Assembly: GCA_943370825.1 (NCBI GenBank)
Contig: CALRSR020000006.1
Coordinates: 21,080-85,079 of the forward strand
Length of the DNA stretch: 64,000 nt
From: Bosea thiooxidans
GTDB lineage: Bacteria; Pseudomonadota; Gammaproteobacteria; Burkholderiales; Burkholderiaceae_C
Direction of reading: 5' to 3'
Each line of letters begins with the position of its first letter. Within the stretch, counting starts at the first letter, position 1. Of this stretch, positions 1 through 9,150 are shown piece after piece. The notes under the pieces were generated by a model. That model was given only the letters and a program-made list of their open reading frames with translations. It had not been told where the DNA came from and made no database searches. Made by a program: the position numbers and the translations under genes.

Positions 1-1
1 C

Positions 2-622
2 GAAGCCCGCGTCAAGCAGATCCGGGTGCAGATCGAGGAAGCCACCTCCGACTACGACCGCGAGAAGCTGCAGGAACGCGTGGCCAAGCTGGCCGGCGGC
101 GTGGCCGTCATCAAGGTCGGTGCTGCCACCGAAGTCGAGATGAAAGAGAAGAAGGCCCGCGTTGAAGACGCCCTGCACGCCACCCGCGCTGCCGTGGAAG
201 AAGGCATCGTGGCCGGCGGCGGCGTGGCCCTGCTGCGCGCCCGCCAGGCGGCTGGCGAGATCAAGGGTGCCAACCCTGACCAGGACGCCGGCATCAAGCT
301 GGTGCTCAAGGCCATCGAAGCCCCGCTGCGCGAGATCGTAGCCAACGCCGGTGGCGAGCCGAGCGTGGTGGTCAACGCCATCCTGGCCGGCAAGGGCAAC
401 CACGGCTTCAACGCCGCCAATGACACCTACGGCGACATGATCGAGATGGGCATCCTGGACCCGACCAAGGTGACCCGTACCGCTCTGCAGAACGCCGCCT
501 CCGTGGCCAGCCTGATGCTGACCACCGAGTGCATGGTGGCCGAGGCCCCCAAGGATGACGCTCCGGCCATGCCGGGTGGCGGCATGGGTGGCATGGGCGA
601 CATGGGCGGCATGGGCATGTAA
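2..622 (+). CDS. groEL: Chaperonin GroEL, C-terminal part (5' truncated by window edge)
   Basis: [47 protein letters not shown] and the GGMGGM tail; frame open from position 2. Confidence 0.99.
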   Translation, partial: EARVKQIRVQIEEATSDYDREKLQERVAKLAGGVAVIKVGAATEVEMKEKKARVEDALHATRAAVEEGIVAGGGVALLRARQAAGEIKGANPDQDAGIKLVLKAIEAPLREIVANAGGEPSVVVNAILAGKGNHGFNAANDTYGDMIEMGILDPTKVTRTALQNAASVASLMLTTECMVAEAPKDDAPAMPGGGMGGMGDMGGMGM

Positions 623-654
623 ATGCCTCGGCCTTCGGGCCGGCCCATCCAGGC

Positions 655-688
655 AAAAAGCCCCGCGATCGCTCGCGGGGCTTTTTTT
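655..688. terminator. Bidirectional intrinsic terminator between groEL and tal
   Basis: AAAAAG-CCCCGCGA-tcgc-TCGCGGGG-CTTTTTTT between convergent genes. Confidence 0.9.
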
Positions 689-710
689 CGTCTGCTGGAG
701 GCGCGGGGGT

Positions 711-1652
711 TCAGCCCATCATGGCTTCGAGCTTGAGCGTGTCGGCCACGAAGGCGCGGATGCCCTCGGCCAGTTTCTCGGTGGCCATGGCGTCCTGGTT
801 CAGGGCGAACCGGAAGCCGGCTTCGTCGAACTGGACAAACGCCATGTCGAGGTCCTGTGCCGCCTGTGCGTCCAGCGCCCGGGCGAGCGGTGCATCGCTG
901 GCTTGCAGCTGGGCCAGCAGCTCGGGGCTGATGGTCAGCAGGTCGCAGCCGGCCAGTGCGGTGATCTGCCCGACGTTGCGGAAGCTCGCGCCCATCACCT
1001 CGGTCGCGATGCCGAACTTCTTGTAGAACGCATGGATGCGGCGCACCGACTGCACCCCCGGGTCGTTCGGGCCGGCCATGGCCGCTTCGTCCCAGGAAGC
1101 ACCCGCCTGCTTCTTGTACCAGTCGTAGATGCGGCCCACAAACGGCGAGATCAGCTGCACCTTGGCCTGCCCGCAAGCCACGGCCTGGCAGAACGAGAAC
1201 AGCAGGGTGAGGTTGGTGTGGATGCCGTCGCGCTCCAGGCGCTCGGCCGCCTGGATGCCCTCCCAGGTGGCCGCGATCTTGATCAGCACCCGGTCGACAT
1301 GCACGCCCTGCCCCTGGTACAGATCGATCAGGCGGCGGGCCCGGGTCACGGTGGCTTCGGTGTCGAAGCTCAGCCGGGCATCGACCTCGGTCGAGACACG
1401 CCCCGGAATGTGCCGGAGGATTTCGCAACCGAAGCGCACCAGCAGATGGTTCATCACCTCCTCCTTGCCCAGATGACCGAAGCGCGAGAGCGCGTCGGCG
1501 AGCAGGGGTGCGTAGTCGGGCTTCTGGACCGCCTTGAGGATGAGCGAAGGGTTGGTGGTGGCGTCGCGCGGCGCGAAGGCAGCGATCTGGTGGAAGTCGC
1601 CGGTGTCGGCCACGACGGTGGTGAACTGTTTGAGGGCTTCGAGCTGATTCAT
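711..1652 (-). CDS. tal: Transaldolase
   Basis: [32 protein letters not shown] (Schiff-base Lys), [14 protein letters not shown]. Confidence 0.98.
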   Translation of the reverse strand: MNQLEALKQFTTVVADTGDFHQIAAFAPRDATTNPSLILKAVQKPDYAPLLADALSRFGHLGKEEVMNHLLVRFGCEILRHIPGRVSTEVDARLSFDTEATVTRARRLIDLYQGQGVHVDRVLIKIAATWEGIQAAERLERDGIHTNLTLLFSFCQAVACGQAKVQLISPFVGRIYDWYKKQAGASWDEAAMAGPNDPGVQSVRRIHAFYKKFGIATEVMGASFRNVGQITALAGCDLLTISPELLAQLQASDAPLARALDAQAAQDLDMAFVQFDEAGFRFALNQDAMATEKLAEGIRAFVADTLKLEAMMG

Positions 1653-1673
1653 GCCGCGATTATGCGGGGCTCA

Positions 1674-1688
1674 GGTAATAAAATTACG
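1674..1688. promoter_or_regulatory. Putative HexR operator
   Basis: Palindrome GTAAT-AAA-ATTAC in the short divergent tal/hexR gap; resembles the TGTAAT-N3-ATTACA-type HexR box. Confidence 0.7.
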
Positions 1689-1716
1689 CAACTTCGCGCA
1701 ACCCCATACAACTCCC

Positions 1717-2565
1717 ATGCTCGACCGCATCAAGGCTTCGCTGCCATCGCTCGCACCCGCTGAACAACGGGTCGGCAAGCTGGTGCTGTCCGACCCCCGA
1801 AGCTTTGCCAGCCTGCCGGTCTCCGAGCTGGCCGAGCGCGCCCATGTCAGCAAGCCGACCGTGGTGCGTTTCTGCCGCAGCATGGGCTACGACGGCCTGT
1901 CGGACTTCAAGCTCAAGCTGGCCGGCACGGTGAGCGAGGGCGTGCCCTTCATCCACCGCAGCGTGGACGTGGACGACAAGACCAGCGACGTGCTGGTCAA
2001 GGTCATCGACAACACGGTGGCCGCCTTCCTGAAGTACCGCAACGACGCCTCCACCCACGCCATCGAACGCGCGGTGGACGCCCTCATGGCCACCTACCGC
2101 AGCCGGGGCCGCATCGAATTCTTCGGCGCCGGCAACTCGGGCATCGTGGCGCAGGACGCGCAGCACAAGTTCTTCCGCCTGGGCATCAACGCGATTGCCT
2201 ACAGCGACGGCCACATGCAGGTGATGAGCGCCTCGCTGCTGGGGGCGGGTGACTGTGTGGTGATCGTCTCGAACTCCGGCCGCACCCGCGACCTGATGGA
2301 CGCCGCCGACATTGCCCGCCAGCACGGCGCCACGGTCATCACCATCACCGCCAGCGGCTCGCCGCTGGCCAATGTCGGCCACATCCACCTGGCGGCCGAC
2401 CATCCCGAGGGCTACGACCGCTACAGCCCCATGACCTCGCGCCTGCTGCACCTCATGATCATCGACGTGCTGGCCACCTGCGTCGCGCTGCGCATCGGCG
2501 GTCAGCAGCTGCAGCCGCTGCTGAAGGAAATGAAGAACAACCTGCGCAGCAAGCGCTACACCTGA
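1717..2565 (+). CDS. hexR: RpiR/HexR-family transcriptional regulator (HTH + SIS)
   Basis: MLDRIKASLPSLAPAEQRVGKLVL, VSKPTVVRFCRSMGYDGLSDFKLKL, SIS FFGAGNSG; divergent from tal; ATG at 1717 chosen over the longer ORF call. Confidence 0.88.
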   Translation: MLDRIKASLPSLAPAEQRVGKLVLSDPRSFASLPVSELAERAHVSKPTVVRFCRSMGYDGLSDFKLKLAGTVSEGVPFIHRSVDVDDKTSDVLVKVIDNTVAAFLKYRNDASTHAIERAVDALMATYRSRGRIEFFGAGNSGIVAQDAQHKFFRLGINAIAYSDGHMQVMSASLLGAGDCVVIVSNSGRTRDLMDAADIARQHGATVITITASGSPLANVGHIHLAADHPEGYDRYSPMTSRLLHLMIIDVLATCVALRIGGQQLQPLLKEMKNNLRSKRYT

Positions 2566-2571
2566 ACGGGT

Positions 2572-3792
2572 TCAGGCGGGCGGGAGCGGCAAGCCCTGCT
2601 CGATCAGGCTGGCATGCAGGGCGGCCCCCAGAGGCAACACTTCGTCGTTGAAGTCGTAGCGGCTGTTGTGCAGGAAGCAGCTGCCGATGCCGTTCTCGGC
2701 GCCCTGCCCCAGGCGCAGATAGGCCCCTGGCTTGACCTGCAACATGAAGGAGAAGTCCTCCGCGCCCATGCTTGGGTCCATCGCCCGGTCCACATGCTCG
2801 TGGCCGACCAGTTTCTGCGCCACGTCGGCGGCGAAACGGGCCTCGTCGCGGGTGTTGATGGTGGCCGGATAGATGCGCTCGTACTTCACATGGGCCGAGG
2901 CACCCAGACCCAGGGCCACGCCGGAACACACCTCGTTCAGACGGCGCTCCACCATGGCCTGCACCTCCGGGTTGAAGGTGCGCACCGTACCCACCAGCGT
3001 GGCCTTGCCCGGGATCACGCTGAACGCACCCAGATCGCCCGCCTGCATGGCGCACAGGCTGATCACCGCGCTGTCGATCGGCCGGATGTTGCGCGAGACG
3101 ATGCTCTGCACCGCCGTGATGATGTGCGCCGCCACCAGCACCGGATCCACCGTCTGGTAGGGGTGCGCACCATGGCCGCCCTTGCCGCTGATCTCGATGG
3201 TGATGCGGTCGGCCGAGGCCATCATCGGCCCCGGGTTGATGCCGATGCTGCCCGGTCGCATCTGCGGCCAGTTGTGCATGGCAAACACCGACTGCACCGG
3301 AAAACGCTCAAACAGACCGTCCTCGATCATGGCCTTGGCGCCGGCAAAGCCCTCCTCGCCAGGCTGGAAGATCAGCACCGCGGTGCCGTCGAAGTTGCGC
3401 GTCTCGGCCAGGTAGCGCGCGGCGCCGATCAGCATGGCGGTGTGCCCGTCGTGACCGCAACCGTGCATCAGGCCCGGCTTGGTCGACTTCCAGGCAAACT
3501 CGTTGGCCTCGGCCATGGACAAGGCATCCATGTCGGCGCGAAGCCCGATCATGCGCGGGCTGTTGCCACGGCCGCGGATGGTGGCCACCACGCCGGTGCG
3601 ACCGATGTCGGTGTGGATCTCGTCTACGCCACAGACCTTGAGCGTCTCGACCACCCGGCGCGAGGTGTAGTGCTCCTCGAAGCCCAGTTCGGGGTGCGCG
3701 TGCAGCTCGCGACGCAGTGCGGTGAGCTCGGGGTGAAAGGCAGCAATGTGCGCAAAAGCGCGGCTGTGGGCCTTGATGCGGTTCAGTGCCAT
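2572..3792 (-). CDS. M20D family amidohydrolase (hippurate hydrolase-like)
   Basis: HAHPELGFEE, LRADMDAL, MHGCGHDGH, FQPGEEG, MGAEDF, LHNSRYDFND. Confidence 0.93.
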   Translation of the reverse strand: MALNRIKAHSRAFAHIAAFHPELTALRRELHAHPELGFEEHYTSRRVVETLKVCGVDEIHTDIGRTGVVATIRGRGNSPRMIGLRADMDALSMAEANEFAWKSTKPGLMHGCGHDGHTAMLIGAARYLAETRNFDGTAVLIFQPGEEGFAGAKAMIEDGLFERFPVQSVFAMHNWPQMRPGSIGINPGPMMASADRITIEISGKGGHGAHPYQTVDPVLVAAHIITAVQSIVSRNIRPIDSAVISLCAMQAGDLGAFSVIPGKATLVGTVRTFNPEVQAMVERRLNEVCSGVALGLGASAHVKYERIYPATINTRDEARFAADVAQKLVGHEHVDRAMDPSMGAEDFSFMLQVKPGAYLRLGQGAENGIGSCFLHNSRYDFNDEVLPLGAALHASLIEQGLPLPPA

Positions 3793-3803
3793 GGGCGGGC
3801 GGT

Positions 3804-4562
3804 TCAGGGTTTTGCGGGCTGAAGGCTGACCGTACCGTACCAGGCGGTCAGGCGGCTGCGGGTGTTGTCGGTGTCCGTCATCAGTGCGATACCCACCAGC
3901 GGCCCGGGTTCCTCACCAAAGGCCAGTCGGTAGTCGGCCTGAACATTGCGAACATGGTCCCGCCACTGTTGCAGATGGCCGGTGCCGCTGTCGAGCACCA
4001 GTTTGCGGATGCGGTCCGAACGCGGGTTGAACACCACCGAATCCACCGGGTGCTGGGCGCTCCAGACATAGGCCAGCGTCGCATAGGGCAAGGGCTCGCC
4101 GGTGAGCAGCTGCGTGAGGTCGGAGAGCCGATGCTGCCGCGCTGTCCAGCGCGAGCGGTCGCCCTCGAACGCCAGCAACACACCCACCGGGGAGTCCGAT
4201 CGGTCCACATGGGCCAGATCACCATCACTGGGCAAAGCATCGGCACGCCAGCTCAGCCGCAACTGCAACGGCCCGGTGAGCCCGTCGCTGGCAACGGACA
4301 CGCGCTGCCGAAGGATGCTGACCGAAGAGTCGGCCTGCACCCGCAGCGCCGGGCGGCCATCGACCTGCGCTGGCTCGAAAGGAACATACCGCTTGCTGGG
4401 CAGCGGGAAAGGCTGCCAGACCACGCCGGACCAGGGCGTGACCAGCAACCGATTGGGGGCCACTTCGGACGTGGTTGGAACCTTCAGACCGGTCTGGCAC
4501 CCCGTCAGCAACAGCACACCGGACACCAGGATCAGCCATCGGGTCGCTGGGGCGGGCAACAT
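3804..4562 (-). CDS. DUF3047-like lipoprotein
   Basis: Lipobox LLLTGC; YATLAYVWS, RIRKLVLDSG, IALMTDTDNT motifs; start could be 4577. Confidence 0.75.
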   Translation of the reverse strand: MLPAPATRWLILVSGVLLLTGCQTGLKVPTTSEVAPNRLLVTPWSGVVWQPFPLPSKRYVPFEPAQVDGRPALRVQADSSVSILRQRVSVASDGLTGPLQLRLSWRADALPSDGDLAHVDRSDSPVGVLLAFEGDRSRWTARQHRLSDLTQLLTGEPLPYATLAYVWSAQHPVDSVVFNPRSDRIRKLVLDSGTGHLQQWRDHVRNVQADYRLAFGEEPGPLVGIALMTDTDNTRSRLTAWYGTVSLQPAKP

Positions 4563-4653
4563 GGAACGGAGATTCATTCGATGGAGATGGGTCAGGACTT
4601 TGTGCAGGTGCAGTCCTACATTGTCCTTCCCAACCCACTCTCAAGGAGATTTC

Positions 4654-5004
4654 ATGCGCAAGTTCCTGATCGCTGCCCTGTTTTCACTGGCCAGCCTGTC
4701 CTGCATGGCCGGTGACGACGTCAACAAAGCCAGCGCTGCCGACCTCGACAGCATCAAGGGCGTCGGCCCCGGCACCTCGACCAAGATCATCGAAGCCCGC
4801 AGGGCAGCACCCTTCAAGGACTGGAACGATCTGGTCAAACGCGTGCCCGGCATCGCCGAAAAACGCGCCGTGAAGCTTTCGGCAGAAGGGCTGACCGTGA
4901 ACGGCGAAGCGTACAAGCCGGCCTACACCCAGACCGTGGCCAGACCGGCGGAGCGCAAGTCGGTCGAAACCAGGACCCCGCCTGCAGCGTCCGGAACGCG
5001 CTGA
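4654..5004 (+). CDS. ComEA-like helix-hairpin-helix DNA-binding protein
   Basis: Signal peptide, then DVNKASAADLDSIKGVGP...IIEARR...VPGI; AGGAG RBS upstream. Confidence 0.85.
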   Translation: MRKFLIAALFSLASLSCMAGDDVNKASAADLDSIKGVGPGTSTKIIEARRAAPFKDWNDLVKRVPGIAEKRAVKLSAEGLTVNGEAYKPAYTQTVARPAERKSVETRTPPAASGTR

Positions 5005-5028
5005 TCGATCGGCATTCCGTCCGGACAT

Positions 5029-5061
5029 AAAAAAACCCACCGCTTGCGCGGTGGGTTTTTT
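5029..5061. terminator. Bidirectional intrinsic terminator
   Basis: A7-CCCACCGC-ttgc-GCGGTGGG-T6 between convergent genes. Confidence 0.9.
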
Positions 5062-5098
5062 GCTTCAGACGGTGTGCTGACGAATGTCAGCACATCGA

Positions 5099-6190
5099 TC
5101 AGAAGGTGTGGTTCAGACCAACGAAATAACGGTTGGACTTCTCGACCGACACGCCAGCAGCTGTCTCTTCTTCAGCTTTTGCCAGGCCGGCATACACAGC
5201 GGTACGCTTGGACAGCGCGTACTTCAAGACAGCAGAATAGCCGGTGGTCTCGTTACGATCAACACCGTTCACCTTGACTTGGGACTCGGCGTATCCAACA
5301 CCCAGGGTCAAAGCAGAACCAAACGGGACTTCAGCGCCGATGTTCCACTCGTTGGCCTTGGCGTTGCCAGCCACGGCGGTGGACGTGGCCTTGACAGTGT
5401 TGTAGCCAGCCAGAACCTTGGCCACGCCGAAGTCGTAAGACCCGTTGATCAGGGTGTAGGAAGTCTTGCTGACAGACTGAGCGGTGCCGCTGATCAGCTG
5501 ACTCAGGGCCGGGCCGTTGAAGGGAGTGTTGGACGCATCAGTCACAACTGTAGCAGCGGCACCGGCATTCTTGTCCTGCTGGATCTGGTGGGCCAGTCCG
5601 GCGGCGATCGGGCCGTTGGCGTAATTCAGGCTGAATGCGGTGATGCTGGAGGCACTGGTGGTGGCGGTTTTATCTTCGCCGAAAGTGTAGAGAGCGGAAG
5701 CAGTCAATCCGCCAAACGAAGGGGTGGTGTACTGGAGACCGTTGGTGGTGCGGTCGGTGTAACCGCGCCAAACGCTGAATGAGGAGGAGAAATTGGCGGT
5801 GAAAGTGTCGTTGATCAGAAAGCGAGTGTTGTCATAAGGGGTCCAGACGCGGCCCAGTTGCACTTCACCGAAACCGCCAGACAAGCCGACCCAGGATTGA
5901 CGATCCCCCAGGCTAGTGGCTGCAGGTTGGTCGAGGCCGACAGTGGTCTCGATCTGGAAGTTGGCCTTCAGACCACCGCCCAGATCTTCCGTGCCCTTGA
6001 AGCCCAGACGGCTGGTGGCGAGGCCTTCGTTGCTGGCCATCTTGCCGAAGCTGCCGGCGGTCACGCCGTTGGTGGTGTTCTTTTGCGAACCAACCCACAC
6101 ATCCAGCAAACCGTACACGGACACGCTGGACTGGGCCATGGCGACACCAGAGGAGGCCAGGACGGCCAGGGCAATCAGGGACTTTTTCAT
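5099..6190 (-). CDS. Gram-negative trimeric porin (Omp32-like), copy 1
   Basis: MKKSLIALAVLA signal, AQSSVSVYG, SRLGFKGTEDLGGGLKANF, C-terminal HTF. Confidence 0.95.
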   Translation of the reverse strand: MKKSLIALAVLASSGVAMAQSSVSVYGLLDVWVGSQKNTTNGVTAGSFGKMASNEGLATSRLGFKGTEDLGGGLKANFQIETTVGLDQPAATSLGDRQSWVGLSGGFGEVQLGRVWTPYDNTRFLINDTFTANFSSSFSVWRGYTDRTTNGLQYTTPSFGGLTASALYTFGEDKTATTSASSITAFSLNYANGPIAAGLAHQIQQDKNAGAAATVVTDASNTPFNGPALSQLISGTAQSVSKTSYTLINGSYDFGVAKVLAGYNTVKATSTAVAGNAKANEWNIGAEVPFGSALTLGVGYAESQVKVNGVDRNETTGYSAVLKYALSKRTAVYAGLAKAEEETAAGVSVEKSNRYFVGLNHTF

Positions 6191-6324
6191 GGATAACTTC
6201 CTTTTGGAGTTCTGCAACACAAGCGTTGCAGGTTGATGAAACGGACGCCGAATCTTAGAGCGGACGACGACAACCTCTAAGGGTATGCCCTAGAAATTCG
6301 CGATATTCGTTGCGGTGCAGCAAC

Positions 6325-6352
6325 AAAAAAGCCCGACGCTTTCGCGCCGGGC
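6325..6352 (-). terminator. Intrinsic terminator after porin copy 2
   Basis: Minus strand GCCCGGCGC-GAAA-GCGTCGGGC-TTTTTT (one G-U pair). Confidence 0.75.
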
Positions 6353-6400
6353 TTCGCTTCAGATGACTGAACTGCCTTCGATGGAAGGCAATCCGGCAGA

Positions 6401-7492
6401 TCAGAAGGTGTGGCTGATACCGATGTTGTAACCGGTGGAGCGGCCGTTGGCGGCGCCGGTGGTGGTCGGGCCGGAGAGGACGAAGCTGCCGCCGTTCTTG
6501 TTCTTCTGCGAAGCCACGGTTGCGTACACGGCGGTCCGCTTGGACAGGTCGTAGATGTAACCCAGGGCGAACTTGGACACCTTCGGATCGGCGTTGGCCG
6601 CAGCCGCGGTCAGGTCGAACTTGGAGTTGTTGTACGAAGCACGCAGGCGGCCAGGGCCGACAGGAGCAATGACACCGATTTCGTAGTTGGTGATCTTGGC
6701 CAGCGATGCGCCGGTGGCCTGAACACTGGCTTTCTCCTGGCCAAAGTTGGCCATGACCTTTGCGATGCCGAAGTCGTACGACACGCCGCCAACGACCGAC
6801 TTGTGCTTGGCCGAAGTGGTCAGGCCAGCCACCGGGGTTGCAGCGACAGTTGCGCCACCATCGGTGGTGCTGAAGCCGACCTCAGCTGCCAGGGGACCGC
6901 CAGAGTAGTTGATGCGCAGGCCAGCGCTGCGGCCAGCGTCGTTGCCGGCAGTAGCAATTTCGTCGAATGCGTACTGGCCCTGCACCATGAAGCCGGCCAT
7001 GCGCGGCGAGGTGTAGGTGATGGAGTTGTTGTTCCAGATGTTGTTGGTCTGGCCGGTGGCAGCGTGTGCGTTGGCGCGGTTGATGAAGCCGTAACCGTTG
7101 CCCACACCACCGGTGCCGAAGGGCGAGAACAGGAAGCCAGACCAGAAGGTGGTCGAGTACTCACGGCCCAGGCGGATTTCACCGAAGCCGCCGGACAGGC
7201 CGACCCAGGCGCCACGATCGCCGATGGACGAAGCGGCAGGGGCGTCAGCAGCCAGGCTGGTTTCGACCTGGAAGTTGGCCTTCAGACCGCCACCCAGATC
7301 TTCCGTGCCACGGAAACCCAGACGGTTGGTGGTCATGTTGCTGCTGGTCAGACCGGTGTTGTCGGTGCCAGTGCCGTTGTTGTTCACGCTGGTGAAGCCG
7401 ACGTCGACCACGCCATAGATGGTGACGCTGGACTGGGCCATGGCAGCGCCGGTGGCGGCGACGGCGGCCAGGGCGATGAGGGTCTTTTTCAT
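6401..7492 (-). CDS. Gram-negative trimeric porin, copy 2
   Basis: MKKTLIALAAVA signal, AQSSVTIYG, RLGFRGTEDLGGGLKANF, YDLSKRTAVY, C-terminal HTF. Confidence 0.95.
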   Translation of the reverse strand: MKKTLIALAAVAATGAAMAQSSVTIYGVVDVGFTSVNNNGTGTDNTGLTSSNMTTNRLGFRGTEDLGGGLKANFQVETSLAADAPAASSIGDRGAWVGLSGGFGEIRLGREYSTTFWSGFLFSPFGTGGVGNGYGFINRANAHAATGQTNNIWNNNSITYTSPRMAGFMVQGQYAFDEIATAGNDAGRSAGLRINYSGGPLAAEVGFSTTDGGATVAATPVAGLTTSAKHKSVVGGVSYDFGIAKVMANFGQEKASVQATGASLAKITNYEIGVIAPVGPGRLRASYNNSKFDLTAAAANADPKVSKFALGYIYDLSKRTAVYATVASQKNKNGGSFVLSGPTTTGAANGRSTGYNIGISHTF

Positions 7493-7808
7493 GGAAAGGT
7501 TCTCCAAGGGTTTGATGAAAGGCCGGCGGTCTTTTGCAGCCGGGCCAACCTCCGTAACAGGAAGCTGTTAGGGATTCCATCAGAAACATTTGCCCCCCGC
7601 CACGGGGGAATCCCCTTTTGTGCCCCGGCGTGGTGCCACTGTTGCACCATTACGACGACCTAAGTGGTAACCCTTGGTGCATAGGTATTCATTCAAATCG
7701 AAGGACCGACGCTGAAGATGACCGAGGGGTTTTTGCTGCGCTGCGGCAAGTTCGCCGGACAATGGCGGTGGTTACCGCGCGATACCGCATCAACCTGTGG
7801 AACCGACC

Positions 7809-8474
7809 ATGCCGAACTTCACGCCCGTGGACTCCCTTCTGACCGCCGCCGATGCCGCTTTGCGCACCTTGTTCGTGCGTCCGGCGGCCTCCAGGCCCTG
7901 CCCCACGTTACCGTCACAAAGCGACGGGCCGCTGTCGGCCGACGAAAAAGAGCTGTCGGGCGCACTGATGCGGGTGAATCACGTGGGCGAGGTCTGCGCG
8001 CAGGCCCTGTACACGGCGCAGGCGGTGGCGGCCCGCTGGCCGTCGGCCACTTCCGGCCGGGGCAATGAGGCGGTGGCACGCCAGCTTGAAGCTGCCGGCC
8101 GGGAGGAGACCGACCATCTCGCCTGGACGCGCGCCCGGCTCGACGAACTGGGCGCCCGGCCTTCGCTGCTGAACCCGCTCTGGTACGCCGGCGCGTTCGG
8201 ACTGGGTCTGCTGGCGGGGCGCATGGGCACGCCGGTGAGCCTGGGGTTTGTGGTGGAAACCGAACGGCAGGTGGAGGCGCACCTGGCGAACCATCTGGAT
8301 CGGTTGCCGCCGAACGACCACGCGTCGCGCGCCATCGTCGCCCAGATGAAGGACGACGAAGCACGCCATGCACGGGAGGCCCAGCACGCCGGGGCGGCGG
8401 AACTGCCGGCGCCGGTGAAGGGCTTGATGCGGGCCGCTGCCAAGGTGATGACCACCGTGGCGCACCGGATCTGA
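7809..8474 (+). CDS. coq7: Demethoxyubiquinone hydroxylase (Coq7 di-iron family)
   Basis: [51 protein letters not shown]. Confidence 0.95.
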   Translation: MPNFTPVDSLLTAADAALRTLFVRPAASRPCPTLPSQSDGPLSADEKELSGALMRVNHVGEVCAQALYTAQAVAARWPSATSGRGNEAVARQLEAAGREETDHLAWTRARLDELGARPSLLNPLWYAGAFGLGLLAGRMGTPVSLGFVVETERQVEAHLANHLDRLPPNDHASRAIVAQMKDDEARHAREAQHAGAAELPAPVKGLMRAAAKVMTTVAHRI

Positions 8475-8489
8475 ACGCCCTGCGGCCGG

Positions 8490-8939
8490 TCAGGCTTCGA
8501 TCAGGTCGAAGCTGGTGGTGATCTCGGCGGTCTTGGCCAGCATGATGCTCGCCGAACAGTATTTGTCGTGGCTCATGGCAATGGCCCGTTCCACAGCGGT
8601 GGACGGGATGCCTTTGCCGGTGACGGTGAAGTGCATGTGGATGCGGGTGAACACCTTGGGATCGGCGTCGGCCCGCTCGCTGGTGAGCTTCACGCTGCAG
8701 CCCCGCACGTCGTGCCGACCCCGCTTGAGGATGAGCACCACGTCGTAGGCGGTGCAGCCGCCGGTGCCAGCCAGCACGGTTTCCATGGGACGAGGGGCCA
8801 TGTTGGCGCCGCCGTTCTCAGGTTTGGCGGCGTCGGGAGCGCCGTCCATGGTGATCACATGACCGCTGCCGGTCTCGGCCACAAAACCCATGGCGGATCG
8901 GGTGCCGGTGGCGCCGGTCCAGCTGACGGTGCATTCCAT
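8490..8939 (-). CDS. OsmC/YhfA family protein
   Basis: AETGSGH, PRPMETVLAGTGGCTAYDVV, SHDKYCSAS; ATG at 8939. Confidence 0.9.
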   Translation of the reverse strand: MECTVSWTGATGTRSAMGFVAETGSGHVITMDGAPDAAKPENGGANMAPRPMETVLAGTGGCTAYDVVLILKRGRHDVRGCSVKLTSERADADPKVFTRIHMHFTVTGKGIPSTAVERAIAMSHDKYCSASIMLAKTAEITTSFDLIEA

Positions 8940-9016
8940 GTCTGTCCGTTCGTCTGTGAAGCGGCTCCGTTGGGGACCGCACTCTAAAAAAATGGGGCCG
9001 ATGGCCGGGCTGGATG

Positions 9017-9044
9017 TTGCATCGCAGCATGGCGTCGGTATACT
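9017..9044 (+). promoter_or_regulatory. Sigma70-type promoter of the sRNA
   Basis: TTGCAT-N16-TATACT. Confidence 0.6.
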
Positions 9045-9050
9045 CGCGGC

Positions 9051-9128
9051 ATTGTATTGAAGGTTGTCTCCTCTACCCTCCACGGGTGGATTCAAACCCG
9101 GTCCAGTTCGCTGGTCCGGGTTTTTTTT
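9051..9128 (+). ncRNA. CU-rich small RNA resembling the Betaproteobacteria toxic sRNA family
   Basis: TGTCTCCTCTACCCTCC...GTGGATTCAA core followed by CCCGG-T-CCAG-ttcg-CTGG-T-CCGGG-T8 terminator, with an upstream promoter. Confidence 0.7.
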
Positions 9129-9150
9129 CGCCGGTCGATATGATCCCGGC

